This document shows positions 13,101 to 27,907 of a stretch of 64,000 bases of DNA, piece by piece. Position 1 is the first letter of the stretch; each line of letters begins with the position of its first letter. The stretch comes from Chrysomallon squamiferum. Its lineage: Eukaryota; Animalia; Mollusca. Where the stretch lies: NCBI GenBank assembly GCA_012295275.1, contig CM022673.1, positions 25,172,001 through 25,236,000 of the forward strand. Reading direction: 5' to 3'. The notes below the pieces were generated by a model. The model did no database searches. It saw only the letters and a program-made list of their open reading frames with translations, and was not told the origin of the DNA. Both the position numbers and the translations under genes were made by a program.

Positions 13101-16100
13101 TTGATTTATAGCTGACACTTTAATTTTCTTTCTGTTTTTTTTTTTTTTGATCCTTCATTTTGAATTTCTGAATGAAAAAAAAATTCTATCCTAATGGAAA
13201 AAATTGAAAATGATTCATTCGTATTTTAGATTTTTATTTCATAAATTTAGCTTTTTAATTCCATAAAAATATATTAAATTAATGAATTAAATGTAGCAGA
13301 CATTAAAATCAGACACTATCCATTCTTTTGTACTATACTGTAGTACAAGGAAAGCCAAAATCGTGAACACTAATGCAATCTGAGGTTAATTTGTCTATAG
13401 AATTTTTCCTTTTCTTCACTTTTTAATCAATAGAAAACATGTTAGATTAATTCAGTGAGTTTGAGTTTTTAATTACAGTTTTGCTGTATGCTACTTGCCT
13501 TGCTGTATTCATTTTGTTAAATGTTTATTTTTATTTATCATTTATTATTATTTTTGTGATTTATGTCTAATATTTTAATCATCATTAACAGGAAGAATTC
13601 AAACGGTGCTCCAGGCAAGCCTGTGGAAATGTGGGCAGAGTGTAATGGTGTACAACAACAAAATCACAACATGACTTACACAGTGAGCAGTGGACAACAA
13701 AACAGATCTTCTTCCAGTTAGTTGTCTTTTTAAACACTCTTTCTTGTTACAGTCTATAATCAAACTCAGAAAATATTACTCACACTAAAATGTCTACATC
13801 TAACATTTTGTACAAACTCAGTACATTTGCTGGTATTTTTCTCATTCACGTGAACAAACTAAATAAATTATATAAATTATATAGAATTGGGATTAGTATT
13901 AATTTATATCTGTTAATTAATTTTCTAAAAAAAACAAAAAAAAAAAAGTATATATTATTTTACTATATATCTTCCTGTAAAGCCACACATTTGAGGCCCT
14001 ACAAATCCCTCAATAAATTTCACCTATCCACCTCTTATTCCAGATGGCACAGATTCTTCACACAGTAGGAATGGTAGCTCACAACATCAGTGTTCTAAGC
14101 GAGATGACTACAAGTCTCCATTTGAAAGGAAACGAGAAAAGGAGATCCAGCGACTGAGCAAGAAGCTGAACGTGATGGAAGATCTGCGTCTGTCGAGAGA
14201 GCAGCAGCTCAGTCAACTGCAACACGACGTGGCTCTGCAGGAACTGGATACTGTCGAGATGGGTGTTCAGTAAGAACTCAGAGCAGTTTTGAGTTTTTTA
14301 AAAAACAGTATAAAACCATTTATCTGGCAGCTTTGAAGCAGAGGTGGTCCAGATTTCGAGATGCATGATTATTACATTCTTAAATTATATAATAAAGAAT
14401 GAAAAATAAATAATGAAACTGTATTTAATAGAAAAATAATTAATACACTTGTAGATTATAATGTGTTTAATCTTTACTAATCAACTTAAAATTTGTAAAA
14501 ATACGTCTTTAGAATATGATCAGCAAGTTTCTTTTTTGTTGGTCTTTGAGGCAAGATAATAAATGAAAATGAGAGTAAACTGAAACAAATAGTAACTGTA
14601 TGTGAGAGAATCACCTGCACACAATAACACTCATTTGAATCAGTGTCATGGACTTTAAAACAAAGCACATCAAACTCAAAAACAGCGAGGTTTCTGGAAG
14701 TCAAATAAATGATTCAGTATCTATAATATCTTATTGTGCATATTATCTTTAATGCTGTTTTAAATGTAAACATGATGTTTTACTTCAGTCATTAATTACA
14801 GATAATTTGTAGCAGGAATATCTTGACTTTCTGTTACAGCCTTAATCTGTTAAATTCTGTTAGGCAGATAATTCTATTTTTATCAGATATTACTAGTTTT
14901 TTATCATTGTTATTAGTAGTAGTAGTAGTAGTAGTAATAGTAGTTAGATATTACTATTTTTTCATTATTATTATTAGTAGTATTAGTTGTAGTAGTAGTA
15001 TAGTAGTAGTAGTAGTAGTAAAATAGTTGACATCTTTTCAAAGGTTCTAATATAATACCTTTTTAGTTTTATTATTTTTTTTATTGTTGTTGTTTACAGA
15101 GCAAAGCTGGATGTAGCCTTGGACCAGGTAAAGGATCAAGAAGCCTACGTACTGCAGCTGAAGCACACTGAGGCAAGACCAGAACTTCTGGAGCAGGAGA
15201 AACTGGTGGAGAAACAACTACGGAAAAGAAAGGTTAATCTTATTATAGATTCTAGATAAAAATATTTTGTAATGATATACCATTCACTGCTTTCTTGTGT
15301 CATTTTGAGGTGTTCTGATAAGTAGAGGTAACAACAATGATTTTGTATCCAGTTATCATTTATGTCTTTTAAAATTCATAAATTATTAATAATATTTTAC
15401 ATGCTGATTCATTGCTAAAATTATATAAATTTTGAATAAATAATTATTCACATTATTATTCAACATATATATATATATATATAGAAGAAACTAACTGTGA
15501 AAAAAACAAACTGCATATATATATATATGTATATATAGATACTGTATATATATATTTGTTTAGAACATAACAAACAATATGTGTTTTTCATTTTCAAAAA
15601 CAGCGTGTGTAAGTATCATGTGGCCCAAAAACAGCAAACACAGAATTGTACACCCTCATGTGCGAGAAGTGAACCATGACCAAAATCTCAAAAACAATGC
15701 TTTCATAATATCTTTTGATTTTTTCTTTTTCTGTTTGGAAAATGTGAAATTGTATTGAAACAGTATATTATACACAGTTCCTTTTTCCCATTAGTACAGA
15801 CTAAACAATCAAGCAGTGTTTGCTTTAAAGATAATTTTATTATCAGTTCATTGTTATAAAGATTTAACAATACTTTTAGGCTAAATTTGAGAAGAAACTT
15901 GAAGAAATCCGACAGAGGAAAGCTCTTTTGCTATCAAATTCGTCAGGTGATGAAAACACAACACCAACAAGGACAGAATCTCGAAGCACTGTGGAGGAAA
16001 AGTTTGCTCAGTGCAAGAAAAGAAACGGCTCACTCAACACCAGACAAGTGTTTGAGATGCTCAAGAGTGAAGAAAAGAAACAAAGCAAGGTAAAGTGTGA

Positions 16101-18271
16101 CAGGATTTATTTCACAGCATTTTAATGTTGCAACAGAACATGAACAAAATTAATGTAGCATTATATGGCACGAGAAAAACTTTCATGCACTAACTATTTC
16201 TGTTATTAATTTCCTTTTTCTTATTTTTTATTTTATTTATTTATTTCATTCTTTTTTTTTTTTTTTTTTTTTGCCAGATACAGACACAAATAGAAAAGGA
16301 ACACATTATGACAAAATCACGCCAGTTGGAAATCAAAGAGGCTGCCACGCGTCTCAAACTGCGAGAGTTAAAAGAAATGTTCCAGAGGTCTAAAAGTGAC
16401 GAGTCGTTTAAATCATCTCATTCCACAGCAGCAAACAGTCAGCACAGCAGTGTGTACTCGAGATCAGCAGAATCTCTGGAGAGAGAGAGAGAACAAGAAC
16501 AGAATCCTCACCAGTACCCACTCTTCAAACGGACTGAAAAACGCCTGAGTTCTGTGAATGAGGAATCTTACGTGTTCAGCCACAGTGATGACAGAATCTC
16601 TCAAAACGAAACGACAAGACCAAGCACAGGGTCCAGAAACCTGTCATCAGCTAAGTTGTTTGAAAACAATTTTCACAACGGTGAAAGCAGTGGGAACACG
16701 AAATGGGACTCTGCGTACTCTTCCAGACCTTCCTCCACACCTGCCAGCAGTAACATGGGTTCTGAAGCTGCTGCTGATGTCCTGGGATCCTGCCAGAAAG
16801 AGGAGAAGTTTAGAAAAAGATGCCAAGAGAACGGCGATAAGCCAAGTCATCATCACCATCCTGCCAAGTCTTCCACTTCCGATTCAAGACTTAACGGCAG
16901 TTCAGAGAACACACCAGTGAAACCAGCTCCCTCAGAAACACTGATTCCAAGTCAGTATGTGCACAGGATGAAAGCAGAAGAGTCTTTTGATGCTCGAAAG
17001 ATGGCTTTGACATCAACAACATTTGATGGAGCGTTGTCATCGATGTTGGATGAAGACAACAGACAACTCATGCAGAGCAGTTTTTCTGATGAGTTTTACA
17101 ATCAGTTTGCGAGGTCCACCAAGATCAAGCAGAAAAAACATGCTCGCAAAAAGATCTCCAGAAATAATTTAGATGACAACATGAAAATGATGATGGAATG
17201 GGGGCCAGAAAGTAGGGTAAGACCTTAATGTTTCTTTGATTAAATTTCTCAGATATGCAGTTTTCATAATTATAGTAAAAATAAATAATGCTTTGTGTTT
17301 ATATTTGGCAATGCTATTTTTCCATAGATATATGTGAAGCTTTAAAATGATGTTGCTTTTTTTAAATTTTCATTTTCAATTAAGACTAAGTATTTTTAGT
17401 TAATGGTATTTGGTTGTTTTTGTTTTTTTCAGAACTCACCAATATCAGCCAAACTTGCAAAATATCTCAACTCAGATGACAACGGTGAAAAAAATGGACA
17501 CATCTCTACCTCAAGTAATTATTTCTTTATCTATTTTTTTTCTTAACATTCTCACAACAGCATTATATTTAGCTAATTTATATTTCACAGTTTTTGTATT
17601 CAAACAACAAAGCCAATATTTTTACATACTTTCCTTTTGATTTAAAAAATACAACATCTTTACTGGAATAGTTGCAATCAAATAAAAGATTCATCAGTGC
17701 TAATCAGATATTATGTTACATGATTTAATAAAAAAAAATTTTTTTTAAAATGATAAAACATATATGGATAATTTAATAACTGTTAATAATCAGATTAATG
17801 AGCTGTTGTTAAATAGATTTACTTTCAGTTACAGTAATACATAACAAACTAGTTTTTATAAAACTATTAAATATTTCCTTGCTTATATAGCATTTCTTGT
17901 TATGATTTATTTATAATTCATGTATATGGTTTCCAACAATGGTATAAAACACTGAATGAAGATGTATCAGGGAATAAAGAGTCTTAATTTTTTACTCAGG
18001 AAAGAAAACGGACAAGAAATACAGAACCAGTGACGACCCATTTCAAAGCAAACTCGATGAATTCAGGACATCAGGGTTTTCCAAGGATGAGCATGTCTCA
18101 CTGCTACAGCCAAAGATCACAGCTATAGCTGATGTCGACAGAGAGAGAGTTTTCATGAGCAAAGCGCAAATTGAAAAAGAAAGAATTGAAAAGATTCGCA
18201 AGGCACGATATGCGGCTGAGGTCATACAAAGATCCTGGAGAAGGTGCCATGCTAGGAAACAGACTGCGTGA
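1872..18271 (+). CDS. KIF6: Kinesin-9 family, KIF6-like motor protein (17 coding exons, ~1160 aa)
   Basis: Exons 1872-2106, 2417-2531, 2899-3049, 3432-3646, 7686-7877, 10334-10440, 11174-11291, 11537-11630, 12318-12432, 12942-13095, 13592-13716, 14044-14269, 15100-15232, 15880-16089, 16278-17216, 17433-17514, 18000-18271. All junctions are GT-AG and phase-consistent (3483 nt). Motifs: P-loop [17 protein letters not shown], switch I NQRSSRSH, switch [51 protein letters not shown] is closer to KIF6 than to KIF9. The motor is followed by coiled-coil and Ser-rich tail. The symbol means KIF6-like; orthology was not tested. Confidence 0.88.
2233..2360. repeat. 63-bp tandem duplication in the first coding intron of the kinesin
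   Basis: Two near-identical copies of ttttacRtgatgttt..accatagtaagactgtataaaacactgttacatatggtgac. This explains the repetitive 2220..2501 ORF. Confidence 0.9.
9395..9860. repeat. ~101-bp minisatellite, ~4.5 copies, in a kinesin intron
   Basis: Unit aattagaaaaagccaacaacagtaaatttaaaataatgaatatcagtaggcaccacttgttttcaaaaaa...aatctcat recurs at 9599, 9700 and 9801, with a degenerate copy from ~9395. Confidence 0.9.
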
Positions 18272-21200
18272 GAGGAATCTTCATCATTTAGGAATCCAAG
18301 CAGTTTGGTGGTGGCTGTCAGCTTCAAAACTTTACTAACTGTTAGCTTAGGTTAGCTGTATAATATTACTGTGTCGTTAATGGCAAGTATTAGATTAGCA
18401 AAACTAATAATAATATGATTTGATTATAAACTACTTTGTTTTACCGAGGAGGTGCTATACTCAGAATTTAGCATTATTTTAAAGTATGTCTTAATGGATT
18501 TTATGTTATTCCAAGTGAATGTTTTATAGATTGCTAGATATCAACCTTTGCTAATAATAATGTTTGAAAATAGAATAACATCTGTGAGATGCATTGAGGC
18601 TGCAGTTTTCCTTTTTAATGTTAATTTGTTTAATTTAAAAACAAAACAAAAAAAAAACCTTCAATATATTTGGAAAACAAATTACCATATTATTATTCAG
18701 TCTGTAAAAGATTGTTTATTTAGGAAATAACATCTTGAAAAACATTTGAACAGCAGTTTCAGTGCTTCTTTATGAGCAAATTATTTCACTATGATATTTT
18801 ATCATTAATAAAAATAGTACACAGAATGTATTTTGTACATTGTGCCAAAGCTACTTTTTATATTTATAAAATTCAAATAACTTTTTCTTTTCTATGCACT
18901 TTTAAGAGTAAAAAAATATTTTTATATTCTCTATTTTCTATTTTAATAAAAAAAAAAATGCCATATGTTGTGGATTTACATAACATTTATTTTATACATT
19001 TTAATATTTATTTTTACAGTTTTAATAGTTCATTCATAGCCATCAGTTATTTTCTGTATTATTTTCTGAAATATTAATGCTTGTATTTAATTTCAAAAAT
19101 ATAAAAAAATGTTTACATTTTAACAAACAACAACTTGAGAACAAAAATAAACAATGAACAAATAATTAAAATTAGAATTGTCTAATTCTTTCAATTTTTT
19201 TTTTTTATTTTAATTTTTTTTGGCTGGTTTAGAAGAAAAACAAATCTAATGGTGAAGGTTGTTAACAAATTAGTTAACTTGAAACAGATAATTTGGCTTC
19301 TAATTTCCAGCATAATATGTTATATCATTTTTTTTTTTTTTTTATTATTGTGTTGTCATTTTTAATAACAGGATGTCAGTGATTGTTGAAATGTGATGCT
19401 GATTCAGATGTTTTGTTGATGTCATTTTTACATACTGTAGATTACTTCATAGAGCAATTTTTATTTTTATCTATGCTGTAATAACATACCACAATGTGAT
19501 GATTAATATATGTGTTAATGCAAAACCAAACTTGCAGATTATTTCAGACAGCAAATTGCTGTATGCTTGCAAAGTCTTGGTTTTGTAGTAAATATGTCTG
19601 TTATATTTTTTAATAAGATTTTTTAATATAACATTTGTGAATTTTTTTAATTGGCAGAATTTAACATGGTTTTCTATCTGTATGAACATGACAGTTACCA
19701 AAGAATGTGTTGTGTATTTTGAAAACAGCCAAATGAACATCAGTTGTCTTGCCATTTTAACTGATGGTTTTTTATATACTTTTTAAATTATTTTGTGATT
19801 TACTTTTTATGTTTTTATATAATTTTATCTGTCTCAGACACTCTCAGTTCAAGAACTGCTGTCTTCCATTAATAACATTCAGTCACATATATTCAGTTAA
19901 TCCATGTACATCTGTTTTATTCATTTGTATTGTTCAATATATCCTTACTGTGTGTGTGTGTATGTGTGTGTGTATGAGTGTGTGTGTGTTTGTGTGTGTG
20001 AGTAACAGTGAATACATGTAATTATCAATGTGGTTATGTATAGTGGACAGAATCAAATTAATATAATCATACTCACTACTGTATGAACAGTACGTAACAG
20101 TAATACAGTCTGTCAAATTGTATTTTTTTATTTTAAATAAAAAAATAAACATATTCATTGAATATCACTTAGGAATATTATTTTTAACTTTAGATAAAAT
20201 TTTCTATATCTGTCTCACTGATAACTAGGTGTTTTTTTTTAGATGTGTATACTGTGGAGAGTTCATTAACAGTTTTTGAAAATCTCTTCCATGCATTATA
20301 ATTGTATTGTAAAGATTTTTTTAAATTTTATTTTATTTAAATACAAATGTAATGAAGGCTAATTCAATGTTGTATTGCCAGAGAATATGAATGTGTGTTA
20401 ATAACAGAACTGTTGCTGTATTTAAATAATGATATACAGATTTCTGTAAACAAGTTTGTTATCTAATGGTCCCTTTTCAAAAACTTTGATGAAAAAATAA
20501 TGTGGTAATACATTGATTTAAAAAATTTCATTTGTACTTAATTCACAAAGTAAAATGAAATTTTTGGGAAACTGTTAACATGGATTGCAACTATAATGTT
20601 ACAATTTTTATTGAGTGCTTCAGTTTTTATTTTATTTCAAAGACATCTGACAGTTTATTCAAAGTTATTTTAAAATATTAAACATCATTATTTGAATTAG
20701 GAAAAAAACAACCTATAATTTTTCTGTATGAAATATGTTAGTTGCTAATTTCACTGTTATTTGTGTGAAGTTGTTGTGTGTTGGAATATAAAGGCAATCA
20801 ACGACTTAGCTATTTTATAATCAATGTTTTAATTAATGTCATAATTGTTTCCATTCATCATTGTGATATTTTTATATTTTTAAATAATTATTGTAATAAA
20901 CTTTATTTGTTATAATAAATTATTTATTTTTTAAAAAGTGGTGTTCGGAAATTTGTATCATGTTCAATCCATGGTTTTGATATTTTTATTTTGTTCTGAA
21001 TGTGGATGCCATTTTAAATATAAATGGAAACATCATTTGAGTGATTTTGTTAGTTAAATAAGGAGACTGTTCATGGATATTTTAAAGGATGGAAATTTCT
21101 TAATCTATAAAATTATTATTTTTTCATGTGATGTATTTTGAAGTTTGTGATAATAATTCATCTTATTGATCAGCCATTTTTAGGCTGACATCATTTGATT

Positions 21201-23376
21201 ATTATTATTTTTAATGATTTTTTCAGTTTCCTGGGAGCAGGTTATTTCCAGTGATTTAGGCTGCAGTATGATTGTTTTAATGTCAGTTGTCATCATAGTA
21301 AGATACTTTCTTGCTGAAATGATGGAGATTAGAGTCATCATCATTGTAGCTTTAAACATTGTTAGGGTTGCCTCATTGAGTAGAGGTTCATTAAAACCAA
21401 AGCATAGTTTATCAAAGATTATCTGACTGCAGTACATGATTTATGAAATTCCTTACTTTTAATCAGTGAATAAATATCTCTAGAATAATAACAGCAGGTT
21501 TCATAATTCTGCAAACCAAAACATGTATGTGGATTCCTAATAGCTCTTAACGTTCTAATTTTATTTTTTCAGTTAAATATTGGTATTTTGTTGCCACATT
21601 ATGAATTAAGAATATATATATGGTGTCACTCTTTCATCATGGTTTTTGTTTTGGCTTTGTAGTTCACTTATTGAACTTTTCCAGACTCTGTTTAATGATG
21701 CTTAAAATTGAGGTCAATTTGACTACATCAATATCCACTTTAAGTCACACATAACCTGAAGCCCACACCTCAGCAGCAGAGTCTATGTATCATTAGTATT
21801 TTATTTTGATGAATCATGCATGTGAATATGGCTGGGTTTGTTTGTTTTAATTAAAGACTGTCTTTGTCCAATAAGGCAAAATGATTATATTTTAAGTTAT
21901 ACATTGGATAGTAAATTGATTTACGAAGTGGCTTAATGATTTCAGAAACACTGAAATTTCATTTTTTAATATATAAAAAAAAAAAACTTCCAAAGATGAA
22001 ATAAATTTAATTAATAAAAAAATTAAAATAATAATAGTTTAAAAACACACTATGAAGATGATTCCATAAATTGGCCCTTTTTCAAAATGTCTTTAATATG
22101 AAAAGTCTCAAAACACAAATATATTACTGTAAAAATGTTTGGTCTTCTTTAACAGAATGTGATCACTGTGTTTATCTGCCATGTTGTCACATTAAAATGA
22201 TAATTATACTGACCACTTGAAAAGGTAAATACTATTGATAAATGTGTACTAATTATCTCTGACGTTTTGTCAGAAAGGTGAGTTGGTGATTGATAGATCT
22301 TGAATAACCAGGCTTCTGCAGTAACTGAAACTAAGAGGAAAGTTCGTGTTTGGGCGTTCGTCTTAGGTGTCCATGTGACATTCTGTGACCTGCTGTTAAA
22401 ACAACAGCCGCATTTCGGGGAAATCGTCCTCAACGTCGTAGATGCAGTAGTCGATCTTTGACGCCACAGTATGAACGTACAAACGCATGGCTGTTAAATT
22501 ACACACCTTCAGAGGATGATGGGACTAGAACTGAATTTACGTATCACGGCAAACATTTAGTGTGAATTACTGTGTGGTTGTTTTTTTCGTTCTAATTTTT
22601 TTTTCTTTGTATTTTTATTATTACTGTTTTTGTGTTGTTTGTTCTTACGACTATTTTTATTCATCTTTATTGAAGAAAGAGGAAAAAGATATTAAAATTC
22701 AACAACCAACACAAGGCACAAAGAATGAATCAAGTTGGTAAGTTTTTTTAAATTTATTTATTTATTTAGTTTCTTAAGTTTAACAGAACTTGAAATTGAA
22801 CATGTTTATGTACTATCAGAATCTAGTTATAATTTTGAATATTATAATTACCTATTGTCCAATGTTTTCGTCTTTGCACATTATGATAATTCATTATTTT
22901 TAAATACGATACGGTAACTTATTCAAATTTAATTATAACAAATAATTATATTAAATAGTTTAGATTTATTAAAGAATATAAGGATAAAATATTACCGCTT
23001 TAATTGTTTATTAACTACCTTGGTATGTTAATCAAATCCTACAAATGTCTTGGATTGGTTAGTTTTTAGTCACGTGATCCATAATCGGTCCAAACCGGAA
23101 CGTTTTAATAGACACTGGACTGTTTTTAGACTTACTAAACAAGACAAAAAAGAAAAACTAACTAATCAACAAACAAACAGAAATAAAAAATTTTAAAAGA
23201 AATAACCATTGCTATTATTTTAACAAATAGTATTTACCTAGGAAATCTTTGCTATTCATGAGCGTAGTTTCTTTGATTCAGTGGGGGCAGACGTTTGCAC
23301 GAAGTTTTACTGATAAAAATACACATAACAATTTCTAATAAATAAATAAATTCTTTTGTTATGGTTGTTGTTGTTG

Positions 23377-23419
<43 letters not shown>

Positions 23420-25101
23420 CATCATCATCATTTGACGAAGCACAGTTAGCAAAAATTATACAAAGTTTAACTTAAAAGAAATACTATTTTCTTATTTCTT
23501 TGTCCATATTTCCTCCAATCTTTTGTTCCACTTGTTTTGTTCGTCAACACTAGTGTGATGACGGAGAGTATTTTTTTTACCCTGCTGTTGCTTTCTTAAT
23601 TACCACTGCATTAATTTTATTATATTCCGGCTGAATACCTTCAAGCAAGACTTTAATTGGTGAAGTTTGCCGATGAACACAAAATCTAGGTCACAGGAAA
23701 CAATCTTTACTGGTTTTTCTTAATGATTAAATTATGCGTTTTTAATCGTACGCTGTCTTCCCAAATACTGGCGAAATGGTGGGAAAATAGTTGGGCCGTA
23801 GCACGAACAAAACGAAATACATATCTCTTCAATTACGCGTTGAATGATTTGTGCTCCCTGTCTTCGATTGGTAAAAATATATTTTAGTTATAAACTTATT
23901 TGTGTAAACTTAAGAGCAAAACCATTCATTAGTCCCTCTTTATCAAAGAATCTCCAAAGCTCCCATGTTTTAATTTGTTAATTGGTACGTATGTATTGGT
24001 ATTCGTGACAATAAATATATATATATATTTAACCAATATTATTTTAAAGCAAATTCATCTGATAGATATACTTCAAAAACGGTTTTCAATTTCTCTTATT
24101 CTATTTTTAACTAATGTTTCATTTCTCCTAATAAAAAATCGTTTAGATTCAAAACGATTAGTTTAAATAAGATTTTTTTTTTTTTTAAATTAAAAAAAAT
24201 AAAATAAAATAAAAATAAATAAATAGATAAAAAAAAAAAAAAAAAAAAAAATACGTCGTAGTTTTAATTATTATCGTTCTAATTTAATTAAGAAAAATTA
24301 TTTATATTACTTTAAAATAATAATAATAATAATAATAAAACAGTGATTTTTGTAATAACCATCATTGCTTATTTGTCTGATGGTCTAATCAGTATTTAAC
24401 ATACGTGAATGAACGAAATGTTCTGCAACGACGTCCATTACTGCAAAACGAATTGGTCTGGCTGATATTTCATAAAAACTTTCATCTGTCATCTGTTCGG
24501 CTGTTGATCTTCCTGTTTTAAAAAACAGGTAATCACACTGCAACAACAACGATAACGTGTTTGTGGCAACAAGCCAAAAGCACGTGAACCCAAAATGCCT
24601 GAAGTCCTTTTTTTTATTTTTTTATTTTATTTTTTTAAATTTATATAGCGCGAATTGATCCACTATTGTACGATTTTTACCATAGGGCTTCCGCTCCAAG
24701 TTGTGTCACTGCTAATAACATTAAATATGATAATTATACGCCCAACTAATTAGATAAAAAAAAAAAATAATAATAATAATAATAATAATAAAATCAAAAT
24801 ACGCTATATTAAAGAAACAACATAGAAAGAACGATTGCGTAAAAAAACCGAGCTGTATGTTTCTATTACACTAACGGATAAAAGGATAATAAGTAAAAAT
24901 ATGGAAGGTAAGCATATTTTATTCTTCTCTGATTATTAAATCTCTTCTTAAAAAAAACGTACTATATGCCATATATGTTTTATATTCACTTCTGTTTGTG
25001 ACACACAGTTTGTAATTTTAAATGTGGCAAATTGTTATACATCTAGTGAATTTGGACAGTCTGAATATATTTCTCTTTCTGTCTCCACAAAAACGTTACA
25101 A

Positions 25102-25171
<70 letters not shown>

Positions 25172-25927
25172 ATAAAAACACACGAATATAATGTGCAAAC
25201 CAAAGAATGTATGCGTTTAAGTATGCATATATGTATGCATCATGTATGTTTGTATACAAAATTTATCCACAAATACACACGGGCACGGGCACGCACACAC
25301 GCACACACACACACGCACACAAAGATATGGAAAGATGTACCCATGTATTTACCGAATGTCGGTCGGTGTGAGGGTGTGTGGGTGTGTGCCATATACCTAT
25401 GTATGCAATATGCTATAGGTATGCGTGAGTCATTTGCGTATACATTGTTCAGCTGGTGACCATGTTATTAATTAAATCAAATATCGAATATGAAACAGAT
25501 AATTATGAGAAAGGCTGGAGGCCAGACAGTGTAGTCTTGTGTATGATTCAAATTTTCTTCCGCCTGTAAGCTCACATACATCATATGACACATATTGCCC
25601 CATGGTATTACATTTGTACGTTTCGACTTATGTGTTTGATATCTATAATTAGATAAAGTCGAATTTAATCTGTTAAAAAATACGATTGTTTTTTTTTTTT
25701 TTTGTGTGTGTGTTTTTTAATCGAAGTTTAAGAAATGGGAAATCGAGAGAATTAAAAATATATATATATATATAAAAAATTGTTCAAACGCTTATAATTA
25801 TGTGAAAGAAACAGTTGCCTTGTTAATCGTAATAGTTGTACTAAATTACGGCTAATAATTATATACAGCATTTCAACACATCACTCGGGCATTATATACA
25901 TGCACGTAATTCAACAAATTTCTAGAT

Positions 25928-26250
25928 CAGGGTTCTCAAAGGGTGTGCCCGGGCGTACTGGTGCACCCGGAGACAAGCTTAGGTGTGCCGCACGAAACTC
26001 CAGGATCTAGGTTGATATTTGTGATGATGAAAAAAAAATTGATTTAAGGTACATTATATCGACACTTCAGGCTCATACTTCTCATCAGCACAAGATAGAT
26101 AATGAATTAAGGTATATATCCTTCTTTCAGTTATTTTTGTATTGTTTTACATTTTGCATTACATAACCGTAGCATTTTGTGTGTAGTGTGCCCGCAATTT
26201 TTTATAAGGCTTCAAGTGTGCCCCGACTTCAAAAAGTTTGATAACCACTC
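25928..26250. mobile_element. Non-autonomous hAT (Charlie/Buster-like) MITE
   Basis: Imperfect TIRs CAGGGTTCTCAAA ... TTTGATAACCACTC. Exact 8-bp target-site duplication TTCTAGAT (25920-25927 and 26251-26258), matching the NTCTAGAN preference of Charlie-type hATs. GTGTGCC subterminal motifs are present. Confidence 0.88.
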
Positions 26251-26806
26251 TTCTAGATAGTGTCAATTAAATATATAAAGTAATATTAATAATTTGAAAT
26301 TTAGTATCTTTTATTAATTGTTCAGTTGAAATAGTTGATCCAGTATAAAGCAAGACAATTTACCTGCAGTTAAAAACAAAGAAACAAAGAAATAAATAAA
26401 CCAATAACTTTTTTATATTTTAATATATATATTTAATGAGATAAATCGTTTATAGGTAGACAAAGCTGTGATTTTGGGTTATAGTGAAGAAAAAAAAATA
26501 TTAAAACTGCTAATAATATTAATTTAAAATAAATAAACAGACTAATTAATGTTCGAAATTTTTAAAACTAATGAACCGTTAAGGCTTCTGGCAAACTTCA
26601 AGTTGCATAAACTCGACAAATCATTCCCTCCGGCCAACTAGATATTTTCTGTCAGCAGTAAATAATTCTGAGCAGAATATTATAATGACAAAAAAATTAA
26701 CTAATAAGAAAGACGTCATTTTGATACATTTGTTTCGAACAGAAAGGACCGAGTTTGAGGAGTTCATTTCGCAGTGTTTATTTCGTTGTTGTTGTAAATT
26801 CGATAC

Positions 26807-27134
26807 ATGGTCGGACGCAAAGAACCGTCGAGGAATCAGTTCGGTGAGTTCAGCCACGTGTTTGCTTAAATCAGACGATAAGTTAAAACTGACAAACTGA
26901 AGTTCACCATTACGGTTTACAAACAAAAAAAATGTATTGTTTGGTCATCACCGTTATGTGCTAAGTAATACAAATATATACCTAGTTAAATTAGGATTAT
27001 AGAACTGAATGTTACTGCTTTAAAACAGTTCTTCAGATATCATTAATTTTTTATCAGAACTTTCAATTAGCTATCGCCAAATACTAAATGAATCTAAGAT
27101 ACCATTTCATTCCAAAACAGGAGAATCATATACG

Positions 27135-27191
<57 letters not shown>

Positions 27192-27876
27192 TTGTTTGTA
27201 TTTAATCTTAATAATAATAAATTAAAAAAAGAAAACGGTAGGAAATTACTTATGTACTGTGTTATAGCAGTTACAGTTAGATATTTATCCATTTGAAAGT
27301 TAGCTAGTACTTAACTGAACTGTATGACACAGTAAATAACTGTCAATGTAATTACATAACTACAGAGTGACGTGTAACACGTCATATGTGACGTATCTGT
27401 ATTGCACCATGGATACACATCAGTCATCTTAAACACAACAAACGTCAATTAATCTCCAAGAAGTGTGAATTTTTGAAAGTGTTGGGCGTTATTACATTGT
27501 TGTTAGGTATGTACTGTTCTAATTCCAGAACTGGCTTCAGTTTGTCCCTATCTCGTTTGATCTGTTGCTTAATTGGAACTTTCAATATGTTATTAATGAC
27601 AGTTTCGGAAATAAGCGATAGTGGAGTCATTCTCTCAACAGTGACATTTTTCTTTACTTATATTTTATTATTTTATTTTATTTTATTTTATTTTATTTTA
27701 TTTTATTTATTTATATCTCATATTACAAAACTATTTAATTTTTTCTTTATCTATGTTATGGTCACAAAATATTCCAGAAAATTTGTATGATGAAACAAAA
27801 AAGCAGGTTAGAATACATTGAGGCCAACTGAAACAGATTCTTTTCTGAAACTCCAAATGTTCGTATCTAACTTTGA

Positions 27877-27907
<31 letters not shown>

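Noticed and set aside
16558-16920. Overlapping and antisense ORFs inside large exons (also 51747-52261, 35509-36218, 33220-33423, 18043-18327)
   Set aside because: Expected shadows of GC-richer coding exons; no independent motifs.
21180-21437. Overlapping 85-aa and 70-aa ORFs between the kinesin and CD225 genes
   Set aside because: No recognisable domain or convincing splice partners; probably UTR or intergenic sequence.
25022-25459. 145-aa His/Thr-rich ORF (likewise the ORFs at 44257-44535, 46804-47521 and 45582-45809)
   Set aside because: These are translations of (CA)n, (GA)n, (TAA)n, (TAAA)n or MITE subterminal repeats, with no domain or splice support.
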